From positions 1 to 43,896 of the IMG/VR virus record IMGVR_UViG_3300002922_000001: a DNA stretch of 43,896 nucleotides; one strand, 5' to 3'. The DNA is from a virus. Below the pieces are notes generated by a model. It saw only the letters and a list, made by a program, of their open reading frames with translations, searched no databases and was not told the DNA's origin. How positions within the stretch are numbered: position 1 is the stretch's first letter; each line of letters opens with the position of its first letter. Position numbers and translations under genes: made by a program. This document shows positions 14,588 to 24,220 of the stretch, piece after piece.

Positions 14588-14940
14588 AGACTAACGCACG
14601 AAGTCGCACACATATGCAGAAGCTAGGCTATCGCGTATGGACCGTACAGAACTATAACCACCACGTACGAAAGTACTACGACTTGTTCGGCTTCATAGAC
14701 TTACTTTGTGTAAAGACAAACGAGATAGTAGGCGTACAGGCTATGGGTAAGTACGAACTAAAAGCGCACGTATCCAAAATGGACGACCACGAAATAGTAC
14801 GTGATTTAATTTCAGCGGGCGTAGTGTTAGAGTTCCACGAATGGCACCAAAACAAAAAGACGCGACGTTGGACTAATCGCTGTTACACATTAACTCACGT
14901 AACCAAAACGGAATACGTATTCACAAGAGAAGACAGATAA
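14584..14940 (+). CDS. Putative PD-(D/E)XK-type nuclease / Holliday junction resolvase-like protein
   Basis: ATGA overlap start at 14584 preferred over 14548. GFIDLL ... VGVQAMGK resembles a D ... (E/Q)xK nuclease core. Weak call. Confidence 0.35.
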   Translation: MKTNARSRTHMQKLGYRVWTVQNYNHHVRKYYDLFGFIDLLCVKTNEIVGVQAMGKYELKAHVSKMDDHEIVRDLISAGVVLEFHEWHQNKKTRRWTNRCYTLTHVTKTEYVFTREDR

Positions 14941-15299
14941 TGCACTTACTAAAAGGTGAAATCAGTACCACACTACGCGGACTAATAGGAGACTACCAAC
15001 ACGACTTCTTACGGAGTCGCGAAAACTGGTTTAACATTGTTCTTGTTGTGGACGCGGTAACACAAGAATTTAGTCTAACGGTAATAGCCGGAGAGCTAGA
15101 ACGAACTAGAAGGAGCGATGGTTGGAATCGTTTCGAATACTTACCGAAACACGCTCTATATGTAGATACTAAAGTAAGCTACAATACTTTATACGAAGCC
15201 GTAAAAGTAGTTACTCTTCGTTACTCTCTAGCTGCGACGTTATACAACACGTTTATCGGAGAGCTTACTACTACATTGGACAATGCGCGAAATGTTTAG
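14940..15299 (+). CDS. Hypothetical protein (119 aa)
   Basis: ORF with a TAATG overlap start. Confidence 0.55.
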   Translation: MHLLKGEISTTLRGLIGDYQHDFLRSRENWFNIVLVVDAVTQEFSLTVIAGELERTRRSDGWNRFEYLPKHALYVDTKVSYNTLYEAVKVVTLRYSLAATLYNTFIGELTTTLDNARNV

Positions 15300-15591
15300 T
15301 AAGTTCCGTAACAAGAAGTGGCGAAGCTTTAGCCGCAATCAGCCTTGTGTTAAGTGTGGCTCTACAGCTACTACTGTTTGCGCCCACTACAGCGGACCAC
15401 TACGTAACCAACTAGGCGGCGGCTCTTCCGTGAAAGTTACCGACGCGGCGGTAATGGATTTGTGCTACCATTGCCATAGCGCACTAGACGAACGAAGAGA
15501 ACACGCTAGAGATAGCGAACAACTAGTATTAATAATCAAAACATTGAACCGGCGACTACTCGCCATAGAAGACGGAGACCTAAAGATATGA
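15283..15591 (+). CDS. YbcO / DUF1364-like protein (putative nuclease)
   Basis: C-x2-C ... AHY ... GGGSSVKVTD ... LCYHCH ... D pattern parallels prophage YbcO. Confidence 0.55.
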   Translation: MREMFSKFRNKKWRSFSRNQPCVKCGSTATTVCAHYSGPLRNQLGGGSSVKVTDAAVMDLCYHCHSALDERREHARDSEQLVLIIKTLNRRLLAIEDGDLKI

Positions 15592-16232
15592 CCGACGAAA
15601 AAAACAAGCCTAACGTACACCAACGTCTACTAATGGCGCGGAAAGCGTTACGCGGAGTAGAGAAAGACGGAGAAATGACCATACGCGGAAAGAAGACCGA
15701 AACCTTTACACACGACGGCGTAGTGTCGGCGGTGAATCCTGTAATGACTGAGGCAGGATTGACCGATCAACTTGTGTTTATATTGGACGGCGTAGAGGTA
15801 ACGCCGAAGGAAAAAGGAGAAGCGTATCGAGGGACCGGCTCTATAGCGTATCGTTTGATTAACGTAGACAATCCTACAGACTTTTTTGATGTGGTAACTA
15901 TTCCCTACTTCGGACTCGGATACTCTAACCAATTCGGCACTATCAATAACAGCAACGCAAGGCGCGAAGCAATGCGTTTAGCTTTTCATTTGTCCGACAA
16001 AGACGAACCAAAAGACGAGTACGTAGAGCTTACACACCCGACTAACAAGTACGCGGCTTATATGGGCCGATACGTCAAGTCTTTAGGTTACACGTCCGAG
16101 CAACTAAAAACACACGGCGACGACATTAAATCTATGATAGACGAAATGTCCGAAACCATTACCGACGACAAGTCGTACAAAGAGCAACTACCAGCACTCG
16201 CGGCGGAAGTGGGTTTATTGATCAATGGGTAA
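15588..16232 (+). CDS. Single-strand annealing protein, Erf-like (putative)
   Basis: N-terminal VHQRLLMARKAL ... THDGVVSAVNPVMTEAGL pattern, plus adjacency to a YqaJ-type exonuclease. Confidence 0.5.
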   Translation: MTDEKNKPNVHQRLLMARKALRGVEKDGEMTIRGKKTETFTHDGVVSAVNPVMTEAGLTDQLVFILDGVEVTPKEKGEAYRGTGSIAYRLINVDNPTDFFDVVTIPYFGLGYSNQFGTINNSNARREAMRLAFHLSDKDEPKDEYVELTHPTNKYAAYMGRYVKSLGYTSEQLKTHGDDIKSMIDEMSETITDDKSYKEQLPALAAEVGLLING

Positions 16233-16950
16233 TCTAATAGAATCCGAAGCTGAACAACGATCGGAAGACTGGTATACCCTACGTATCGGTCGTTTATCGG
16301 CTTCGCAAATGAAAGCGTTTATGTCTGACAAGTGGCGCGAGAACATAGGTACTACGCGAATCGTAGAAGCCTTAGCCAATCAACGTATGGGAATGATTGA
16401 CGAGATAGACATACCGGAGACCGACGCGGTAAAGAAGGGAATGTCTTTTGAGCCTATCGCCTTAGAAATGGCACGCAAGGTAACTACTCTCGACTTCGTA
16501 AACTGTTCTACGTTTTGGCGTGACGATCGAGAAGACTTCTTGGCTACTCCCGATGCTGTAGTTAGAACTAAGGGCGGTGGTATCGAAGCTTCGCTAGAAA
16601 TGAAGACGCGAAGTAGCGCGGTATCTTTCGCCAGTGAGGTACGAAATTGGAAGAATCAAAATAAAATACAAATGGAGTGTCAAGCGTTAGTCTTAAAGAA
16701 CGATTCGGTATGGTTCTTTAGTACGTACGTAGGCGACTACCCGGAAGACCACGAAAAACAAGGTAAGGCGGTACGGATAATCAACCAACTCGTAGAAGAC
16801 GGAGAAGTGCCAACGATGGACGGCTACCCGTATTTGTGTGTACAATACACTTGTGATAAGAAACTACGTAAGAGTATCATTACACGCATTGACGAAGTAA
16901 ACGAAGCTATAAGCCAATTTTCAGGAGAAAATAGTGACCTCCCTTTCTAA
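16225..16950 (+). CDS. YqaJ-like (lambda Exo family) recombination exonuclease
   Basis: QRSEDWYTLRIGRLSASQM matches the YqaJ N-terminal signature. Confidence 0.75.
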   Translation: MGNLIESEAEQRSEDWYTLRIGRLSASQMKAFMSDKWRENIGTTRIVEALANQRMGMIDEIDIPETDAVKKGMSFEPIALEMARKVTTLDFVNCSTFWRDDREDFLATPDAVVRTKGGGIEASLEMKTRSSAVSFASEVRNWKNQNKIQMECQALVLKNDSVWFFSTYVGDYPEDHEKQGKAVRIINQLVEDGEVPTMDGYPYLCVQYTCDKKLRKSIITRIDEVNEAISQFSGENSDLPF

Positions 16951-17707
16951 AATTTTAGCAAGCGACCTAACTAAAGTACCACCACCTATCGATGTTACCA
17001 TAGGTGATATGGGTACCAACGCTTTCGCAGTACTCGCGGGTCGATCCGGTACAGGTAAAACAGCTATGGCTCTACAACTCGCGCTAAATTTCGGCGGTAG
17101 TGTAGTGTTCAACAATTTAGAAATGACTGAAGAGCAACTAGGCCAACGACTACTAGCTAATATGTCGGCGGTACACCAAACTAAAATTAAGTACGGAGAA
17201 AACATAACCGAAGAAGAATATTCGCGTATGGCGTACGCGGCCCAAGAGCTTGATAAACGAACCTTCGAAATCACTAGCGCACGAACAGCGCAAGGCATGA
17301 TTAAGGCGGTACACAAACATGAGCCGGATTTATTTATTGTTGACTACGCACAACTAACACGCGGCGACGAAGACAAGAAGAGCCACGAACAACTAGAGAG
17401 CGTAGTAGAAGCCTTACAACGGCTCGCGCAAGACACGGAAACTACGATAGTCCTACTATCACAACTCAAGACTATAACAGAACCTAGAAGGGCGGAAGCT
17501 GGCGACTTAGCGGCTTCTCGTTCTTTGGAGTGGTACGCGGAACTAATCGCGATACTCGAAAGAGGGGAGAAAACCAACCAAAGAGAAATATATACAGCCA
17601 AGAGTAGACACGACGCGGTAGGTACTGTAAGATCGTTTACGTTCATTGGCGAAACACTAACATTTATTCGAAACGAAGAAGAAGAGGTACAAAAGTATGT
17701 CAACTAA
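16934..17707 (+). CDS. DnaB-like replicative helicase (RecA-fold C-terminal domain only), GTG start
   Basis: Walker A GRSGTGKTAMALQLA, Walker B LFIVDYAQL, LSQL. GTG 16934 is preceded by AGGAGAAAATA. Confidence 0.7.
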   Translation: MTSLSKILASDLTKVPPPIDVTIGDMGTNAFAVLAGRSGTGKTAMALQLALNFGGSVVFNNLEMTEEQLGQRLLANMSAVHQTKIKYGENITEEEYSRMAYAAQELDKRTFEITSARTAQGMIKAVHKHEPDLFIVDYAQLTRGDEDKKSHEQLESVVEALQRLAQDTETTIVLLSQLKTITEPRRAEAGDLAASRSLEWYAELIAILERGEKTNQREIYTAKSRHDAVGTVRSFTFIGETLTFIRNEEEEVQKYVN

Positions 17708-18110
17708 CATAGAAGTCTTTTCCGGCAACCTTGGCAAAGATGCCAAACGGAAAGACCACAAAAACGGTAGTACGTTTTGGTTCAACGTTGCAATCGGTTA
17801 CGGCGTGAAAGACCGCGACGGTAATTGGGATAATGAAACCGTATGGAAGATGGTACGCTACTACGTAAACGATAAACGCGCCGACGCTTTCGAAGCATTG
17901 CTAACGAGCGGTACTCGCGTAACCGTTAACGGCATGGCGAAGATGTTCAAGGACGACGAAGACGATCAAGTAATGTACACTGATGCTAAAGACGTTGAAG
18001 ATACACCATTCACTAAAGGCGGCGGTAGCTCTACTAAGAAATCTACCAAGAAGTCCACCAAGAAAAAGCAGACCGAAGAAGAAGACTTCGATGACGACAT
18101 TCCATTCTAG
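17697..18110 (+). CDS. ssb: Single-stranded DNA-binding protein
   Basis: OB-fold N-terminus NIEVFSGNLGKDA and the canonical acidic tail DFDDDIPF. Confidence 0.9.
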   Translation: MSTNIEVFSGNLGKDAKRKDHKNGSTFWFNVAIGYGVKDRDGNWDNETVWKMVRYYVNDKRADAFEALLTSGTRVTVNGMAKMFKDDEDDQVMYTDAKDVEDTPFTKGGGSSTKKSTKKSTKKKQTEEEDFDDDIPF

Positions 18111-18113
18111 TAA

Positions 18114-18845
18114 ATGGATATTGAGTTAACACACGTACCGGCTAAGGGTGATTACGCTAGATACCATTGTCGTAGTCACCCCAAGTCGAACCTTAACGGT
18201 TGGGGCAGGATAGCGGGCGGCTCGTTCGTTTACGGATGTTGGGCTTGCGATACGAAGACTTCAGTAAAACTAGAAGACGTAGCCAAGCTAAAAGTACTCC
18301 CGCGACAACCTAAGAATAACCACTATTGGCTATCGGAATGGACCGAAGCCGCACCATGTCAACGACACCAATACCTAGACGTGAAGCAATTAGAAGCGGA
18401 CAAGTCTTTTCGAGTCTCTTCTAAGGGCGTGTTACTAATACCAATCTACAAGGGCGCGAAGCTTGACGGCTTGCAGCGAATAACAAAGACCGGTGATAAG
18501 CGCATGACCAAGGGCGTTAGCTTCTCGCAAGGTATACCGGCTTGTTGGACGACATACAAGGGCGATCGTAGTAGGCCAGTACTCGTAGAAGGTGTAGCTG
18601 ATGCCTTAGCGGTGCAACAGGCTACCGGCTTACGCGGTATTGCTTGTCTCTTCGCGTCGAATATGCCAAGGGTAGCGGAGTTGTACCCGGAGGCTATGAT
18701 ACTCGCGGACCCTGACGACGTAGGCCAACGCTACGCGATCGAAGCGCGTAACAAAGTTTCCGGTAAATTAATAATGCCGGAGCTTGACGCGGCGGACTTA
18801 TTCAGGCATAGTGGACCCAAGAAATTAAGAGAGCTTTTATTGTGA
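18114..18845 (+). CDS. DNA primase (zinc finger plus Toprim domain)
   Basis: HCRSHP ... CWAC zinc motif. LVEGVADALA and ILADPDDVGQ are Toprim acidic motifs. Confidence 0.7.
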   Translation: MDIELTHVPAKGDYARYHCRSHPKSNLNGWGRIAGGSFVYGCWACDTKTSVKLEDVAKLKVLPRQPKNNHYWLSEWTEAAPCQRHQYLDVKQLEADKSFRVSSKGVLLIPIYKGAKLDGLQRITKTGDKRMTKGVSFSQGIPACWTTYKGDRSRPVLVEGVADALAVQQATGLRGIACLFASNMPRVAELYPEAMILADPDDVGQRYAIEARNKVSGKLIMPELDAADLFRHSGPKKLRELLL

Positions 18846-20575
18846 TAATCACCAACTACGAAGACGCGGCACAATTTGTCGAAGGTACTAAGAGACTAGT
18901 AACCGACATAGAAACTACCGGCTTAGGTTTAGAGAACGAGCTAATAGGTATAGCGGTACGGGACTACGATCGCAAAGAGTCGGCGTTTATCGTTGTCAAT
19001 CACCCGGACTCCGAAGGGCTTAGCATGGAAGACGTTAAAGCTTTCTTTGATGGTTACGAAGGTACAACCATTTGGCATAACGCAGCTTTCGACGTGAAGT
19101 ACTTCAAGTACAACGGCATAGTGATAACCGGCTATCACTGTACTATGTTGATGGCGGCTAACCTTGGATTCTTGGTTAAAGAAGCTGGTATGGATTACTT
19201 AGCACGTAAGCTACTCGGAGTAGACACTACTACTTACGCTTCGGTAGTTTATGAAAATTGGGAGGGACCAGTAACCAAGAAAGGAGAACCACGATTAAAA
19301 AAAGACAGAACACTTACGCTACAAGACGTAGAATTATCCAAAGTAGCCGACTACGCAATAGAAGACGTAGACGTAACGGCGGACTTGTACACGAAGTTTA
19401 TCGCTTCTATGAAGCGGAACAAATACGTACGGGCGGCTTACCAAATGGACTTACGAACATGCGCGGCTCTTATTGAAGTAGAGTTACGCGGTATGTACGT
19501 CGACGCGGATGAACTTAAAGACTACATTATAGAGATAGGAGAAGAAGTAACTAAAGAACAGTTAGCACTATCTGAAGAGTTAGGGGATATTAACCTTAAC
19601 TCTCCTGCACAACTAAAGACTGCTCTTAACGAACGTATTAGGCCGACTATAGCCAGCACGTCGAAAGACGTATTAGCCGCGCACAAAGACCCTATATGTC
19701 AACGAGTATCTAGCTATAAAGGTATCGTGAAGCTTCAAGGTATGGCTGATAAGTTGTCCATTATGTGTAACCCTATTACTGGACGATTACATGGTAATTA
19801 CAACTTACACATAACCGCTACTTCTCGCATGAGTTCATCTAACCCCAACATGCAAAACATTAACAGCGAAGTACGACGGGCGTTTACAGCTACCGATGGT
19901 AACGTGTTAGTAGTTTCAGACTACAGCGGCCAAGAAGTACGAGTGTACGCAGAGCTAATGTCTTGCGAAGTTCTTACACCTTTGTTACACGAAGGAGTAG
20001 ACCCACACGAAGTAACTACCGAAACCTTATCCCATCAATTTGGTATCGACGTAATACGAAGAGTCGCTAAAGAAATCTTCTTCGGTATCATGTATGGACA
20101 ATCGGCTTACGGATTAGCTTACCGTCTTGGTATAGAGCAAGAAGAGGCGCAAGAGATAATCGACGCAGTACTGACTATGTATCCTTCGCTAAAAGAGTAC
20201 ACGAAGCAACAAGCGAAAATGTGCTACGACAAGGGGTACGTACAAACTTTATCAGGAAGACCAATTCTAATTAAGGGCGCTAGGTCGGGAGACCAAGCTA
20301 CCAGATCGCGAGCAATACGCCAAGCCTGTAACGCACCAATGCAAGGTACGGGCGCGGATATGATTAAGCTAGCGGTTATCCAACTTGTTAAAGAGGGCTT
20401 CGCTCTAACTGGCGTTGTTCACGACGAGACCATAACGGAAGTGGTAAAGAAAACAGCAGAAGAGCGACAAGAACGAATAGTAAAGATTATGGTAGACGAA
20501 GGGGCGGTACTATGTCCTAGCGTACCTATCGTAGTTGATAGTAAGATTTGCAACAATTGGAAAGAGGGTAAATAA
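18842..20575 (+). CDS. Family A DNA polymerase with 3'-5' exonuclease domain, GTG start
   Basis: LVTDIETTGL (Exo I), VVSDYSGQEVRV (motif A), RRVAKEIFFGIMYGQSAYGLA (motif B), VHDE (motif C). Confidence 0.9.
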   Translation: MIITNYEDAAQFVEGTKRLVTDIETTGLGLENELIGIAVRDYDRKESAFIVVNHPDSEGLSMEDVKAFFDGYEGTTIWHNAAFDVKYFKYNGIVITGYHCTMLMAANLGFLVKEAGMDYLARKLLGVDTTTYASVVYENWEGPVTKKGEPRLKKDRTLTLQDVELSKVADYAIEDVDVTADLYTKFIASMKRNKYVRAAYQMDLRTCAALIEVELRGMYVDADELKDYIIEIGEEVTKEQLALSEELGDINLNSPAQLKTALNERIRPTIASTSKDVLAAHKDPICQRVSSYKGIVKLQGMADKLSIMCNPITGRLHGNYNLHITATSRMSSSNPNMQNINSEVRRAFTATDGNVLVVSDYSGQEVRVYAELMSCEVLTPLLHEGVDPHEVTTETLSHQFGIDVIRRVAKEIFFGIMYGQSAYGLAYRLGIEQEEAQEIIDAVLTMYPSLKEYTKQQAKMCYDKGYVQTLSGRPILIKGARSGDQATRSRAIRQACNAPMQGTGADMIKLAVIQLVKEGFALTGVVHDETITEVVKKTAEERQERIVKIMVDEGAVLCPSVPIVVDSKICNNWKEGK

Positions 20576-21214
20576 ATGTTGACGGAAAGAGAGCGTAATA
20601 TCCTACAATACGCACAAATGAAACACGACGAGACGTACGAGACGTATAACGGCACTACCTACTTTTTAGGTCATGTACTGCAAGTAATGGCTTTCTCTAT
20701 ACCTCACTCGGTAGTTGTATCAGGTTGTCACGACTTGATAGAAGACACTGACGCGGATTGGTCCGACTTGGTAAGACTTGGCGCGAATTTACAAGAACTA
20801 TCGGCTTTGTTTATCTTAACTGACCCACCTAAAGAGGGATTTAACCGAGCGCGACGTAAGGAGATTATGAACGCTAAGCTAATGCATAGTTTTATGTACG
20901 ACGACATAAACGTAGCCAACACTGTGTTAGCTGTTAAGCTGGCAGATCGGCTTGTTAACTTCTTCTCTCCCGATCCTACTAACTCTTACCGCGACCGATA
21001 CCGCGAAGAGAACAAGAAATTTAATTCGCTAATGCGTTGGGGTATCCACAAGCTGCACACTCGCGGAGCTTACAACGCAGCAGTAGCGGAAGCTTTGTAC
21101 GCACTGGTAAAAGTTATTGAAGACGAGAACCAAGCCGCGTATGATCATATGGTCAAATCAACGCAGTTAGACGCCTTTCAAGTTAATATGGATTTAGAAA
21201 CGTATAATGTCTAA
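20576..21214 (+). CDS. HD-domain phosphohydrolase of the RelA/SpoT hydrolase type (small alarmone hydrolase-like)
   Basis: GHVLQV ... SGCHDLIEDTDADWSDL parallels HP..VA ... LHDVIEDT of SpoT/Mesh1 hydrolase domains. Confidence 0.6.
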   Translation: MLTERERNILQYAQMKHDETYETYNGTTYFLGHVLQVMAFSIPHSVVVSGCHDLIEDTDADWSDLVRLGANLQELSALFILTDPPKEGFNRARRKEIMNAKLMHSFMYDDINVANTVLAVKLADRLVNFFSPDPTNSYRDRYREENKKFNSLMRWGIHKLHTRGAYNAAVAEALYALVKVIEDENQAAYDHMVKSTQLDAFQVNMDLETYNV

Positions 21215-22031
21215 GAAAACGAAAAAAACTAATCCGTTCGCGGACCTGCCAGAATACTCCGCAGTAGTAGCCGACATAGAAACGGCTCCGGCTGTAGTGG
21301 ATATGTACGGTAGTACTTGGAAGCCAACTATAGTAGGGATACGTAGCGAGTCTTTTATTTTGTCTTGTTCTTTCTTGGACTTGAAAACAGGTAAACGTAA
21401 ACATCTACAACTACCGGACTATTCTCGACATACTACTTTTACAGAGAAGAGCGACAAGCGACTTGTACGCGCCATAGTAAAAGAGTTGAACAAGTATAAG
21501 ATGATTATCGGCCACAACATCGTAGGATACGATATACCAACCATCAACGCTCGTAGCTTCGTCCACCAAGTTAAGCCCGTATCAGTACAACATACACTTG
21601 ATACACTTACGGCGGCTCGCGGTCTTCGCTTTGCGTCTAAGAAGATGGACCACCTTTGTAAGCAACTCGAAATCGGACAAAAGGTAGAGCATCAGGGCGT
21701 TAACTTGTTTAAATTAGCGGCGGCTTCTCGTAGCCCTAAAATATGGGCGATGATAAAGAAGTACAACGACGGAGACGTAATGATCAATCGTGATTTGTAC
21801 GAGCTTCTGATACCTTATCTAAAGAAACATCCGAACATAAGCATAGTAGACGAGTCTATGCGTTGCGTAGCCTGTAGTACGAGCTTCGACGACGTAACAC
21901 CAAAGAAAAACGGGTTTAGAGAGACCGCGAAGGGTAAGTACCAAAAGTACATTTGCGGTAACTGTGGCGCACCTAACATCGGTAACACGAATCTATTAAC
22001 CAAAGAACAGAGACTAGTAAGGCTAAAGTAA
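21207..22031 (+). CDS. DEDDy RNase H-fold 3'-5' exonuclease with C-terminal zinc ribbon
   Basis: VVADIETAP, IIGHNIVGYDIP and YNDGDVMINRDLY form Exo I/II/III. CVAC ... CGNCG at the C-terminus. Confidence 0.6.
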   Translation: MSKKTKKTNPFADLPEYSAVVADIETAPAVVDMYGSTWKPTIVGIRSESFILSCSFLDLKTGKRKHLQLPDYSRHTTFTEKSDKRLVRAIVKELNKYKMIIGHNIVGYDIPTINARSFVHQVKPVSVQHTLDTLTAARGLRFASKKMDHLCKQLEIGQKVEHQGVNLFKLAAASRSPKIWAMIKKYNDGDVMINRDLYELLIPYLKKHPNISIVDESMRCVACSTSFDDVTPKKNGFRETAKGKYQKYICGNCGAPNIGNTNLLTKEQRLVRLK

Positions 22032-22513
22032 TGAGTATCCCCAACTTAACGGAACGAGTACGAGACAAAGACGAGAGCGTACTAGGCGAGATTTTCGAAA
22101 CGTGCAAGAGACGAGTACCTACTAAGATCGATGAAATGGTAGCCGATGATATGGCACAAGAAGTAACGATTTGGGTATGGGAAAACTTCTACAAGACCGG
22201 CGTAACTCTCGAAGAGCTTGGTATGTTCACTCGATTAAGAGCGGAAGTACGAGACCGTAAGCACACGTTTATGGGCGGGCCACAAGTAGGCAAAGCCGGA
22301 GAACAACAGCAACGCCAGTTTACGGACTTGGACTCGGTAACGGGAGACTTAGCGCGGAAGATACCTAACCCTATGAGCATAAAACCGCGTAGCTTGAGGG
22401 TAGCCGCGATACTGCTAACAATTGGCTACAGTGTTCAAGAGTCGGCAGAATTGGTCAAAATACAGTCCGAAAGTTTGTGCCGATTTATTCGACGAAAGAC
22501 CGTTAATCTGTGA
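22031..22513 (+). CDS. Sigma-70-family-like small transcription factor (putative phage sigma)
   Basis: DDMAQEVTIWVWENF resembles region 2, and AAILLTIGYSVQESAELVKIQSESLCRFIRR resembles a region 4 HTH. Weak, by eye only. Confidence 0.45.
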   Translation: MSIPNLTERVRDKDESVLGEIFETCKRRVPTKIDEMVADDMAQEVTIWVWENFYKTGVTLEELGMFTRLRAEVRDRKHTFMGGPQVGKAGEQQQRQFTDLDSVTGDLARKIPNPMSIKPRSLRVAAILLTIGYSVQESAELVKIQSESLCRFIRRKTVNL

Positions 22514-22746
22514 TTTGATGCCGTTCGTGCAGATTGTTGTCCGTTTTTGGCTTAGTATACACTATAGAGATACTACCGCTCGATAAGAGCGTACATAAAG
22601 AGGCCGATTAACTCTAGACGGTACAGAAAGATGAACACAGAGCGGCAACGCTCAACAGAACAAGCGCGGCGGCGGTCATAGTCGCTAAGGTAAAACAAAC
22701 TAAAGACCGCACGAACAACGAACGTCAACCCCAAGGCGATAACGAA

Positions 22747-22965
22747 ATGAAATTATGTAAAGATTGTGTACATTGCCACTTCAAGAATCCTAACATAAGG
22801 GACAGATTCTTCTACTGTACAGAAGACCAAGAGAAAATTAACATCGACTTGGTTACAGGCGAAGTAATAACAGAAGGGCTAACTAACTGTTACACTATGC
22901 GAAACATGGAAACAGCTTGCGGCAAAGAAGGTAAGCTATATGTAGCCAAGGGCGCATTAGTATGA
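22747..22965 (+). CDS. Cys-rich small protein (72 aa)
   Basis: CKDCVHC ... C ... C ... C pattern. Stop overlaps the next gene start. Confidence 0.55.
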   Translation: MKLCKDCVHCHFKNPNIRDRFFYCTEDQEKINIDLVTGEVITEGLTNCYTMRNMETACGKEGKLYVAKGALV

Positions 22966-23861
22966 GCGTAAACGACACAATAAAGAAAGCTACAGGTATC
23001 GACATAACCAAAGAGACGGTACTACAAGAAACGGTACCGACCAACATACCGGCGCTAGATAAAATACTTGGGGGCGGCATAGCCAAAGATAAACTAGTCC
23101 TACTTGCTGGCAAAGAGCAATCTTGTAAAACTACTTTGGCTCTACAGATTTGTAGACAGTTTCTAGCGTTAGATGATCGTAGCGTATTATACGCGGACGC
23201 GGAACAAACACTAAACCCCAACTACACGCACGACTTAGACGATAACGATCGATTCACGGCTACACAAGAACTATATAAAGCCGAAGACGTTATGATGGCA
23301 GTACGAGACCTAGCGCGATCGGGCGAAGTCTCACTAGTGGTAGTAGACGCTATTTCAGCGTTGCCAGTTATGGCGGAGCTAGACGACTTGACAGGTAGAC
23401 ACGTTGGCGTAACAGCGCGAGCGTTTAACACCTTCTTCAAATCGATAGTGGGGGAGTTACGACAGCACAAGACTACGCTAGTGTGCATTAATCACTGGCA
23501 TGAAAATATAGGGGTCATGTACGGAGACTCGCGATTCTTGCCCGGAGGCAAGGCACAACGCACAAAAGCTACACAACTCATATCTATGTCGGGTAAAAAA
23601 AGAAAAGAAAACGACGGATTAGACTTGACAGCCACCACAATAAAGAATAAGGTAAGCAGACCTAATCAGAAAGCAGATTTTACTTTCTTGTTCGAAGAAG
23701 GTTTTAACGGACCTACGGCGACACTAGACGCGGCAATCGAAGCCGGTACTATTAAACGCAAGGGCGCGTATTACGTACTGGATGAAGAGACCAAGTTTCT
23801 AGGAAAGAAGAAGCTAAAAGAAGCTTACGTTAACGGAGAGCTTGCACAATGGTTGAAATGA
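22962..23861 (+). CDS. RecA-like recombinase / ATPase
   Basis: LDKILGGGIAKDKLVLLAGKEQSCKTTLALQI (Walker A in RecA context) and LVVVDAISAL (Walker B). Confidence 0.75.
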   Translation: MSVNDTIKKATGIDITKETVLQETVPTNIPALDKILGGGIAKDKLVLLAGKEQSCKTTLALQICRQFLALDDRSVLYADAEQTLNPNYTHDLDDNDRFTATQELYKAEDVMMAVRDLARSGEVSLVVVDAISALPVMAELDDLTGRHVGVTARAFNTFFKSIVGELRQHKTTLVCINHWHENIGVMYGDSRFLPGGKAQRTKATQLISMSGKKRKENDGLDLTATTIKNKVSRPNQKADFTFLFEEGFNGPTATLDAAIEAGTIKRKGAYYVLDEETKFLGKKKLKEAYVNGELAQWLK

Positions 23862-24220
23862 AAACACAGTACATTACTTTCACTAAGCCTGTGATAGATG
23901 GTAACTCTATGCGCCCTAAAACGTTTCACGTAATAGAAACAAACGATCCGGTACTAGGTAACATCGAGGTAGAAAGCGAGGCGGCGGCAGACAGATTGTA
24001 TTGGCTGCTAAATGACGCTCTTGATTCGGAAAAGATGGACGACTACATAGCTAAAGAAGCGGCTATAAGAGAGGAAACTCGAAACGACGTACACCAAGCA
24101 CGTACTAAGACGCACTGTAACGATTGCGGTAACAAGTTAATACCTACCGTAGAGTTCGAAATAACGGGCGCGTTAGTTTCTGAGAAAGAAGTAGACCCTA
24201 CTTGTTGGAGTTGTACATAA
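23858..24220 (+). CDS. Hypothetical protein with C-terminal zinc ribbon
   Basis: ATGA overlap start at 23858 (alternative ATG 23849). HCNDCGN ... CWSC. Confidence 0.55.
   Translation: MKTQYITFTKPVIDGNSMRPKTFHVIETNDPVLGNIEVESEAAADRLYWLLNDALDSEKMDDYIAKEAAIREETRNDVHQARTKTHCNDCGNKLIPTVEFEITGALVSEKEVDPTCWSCT

Noticed and set aside
16921-17703. Minus ORFs 16921..17316 and 17344..17703
   Set aside because: They are antisense to the DnaB-like helicase gene, which has clear Walker motifs.
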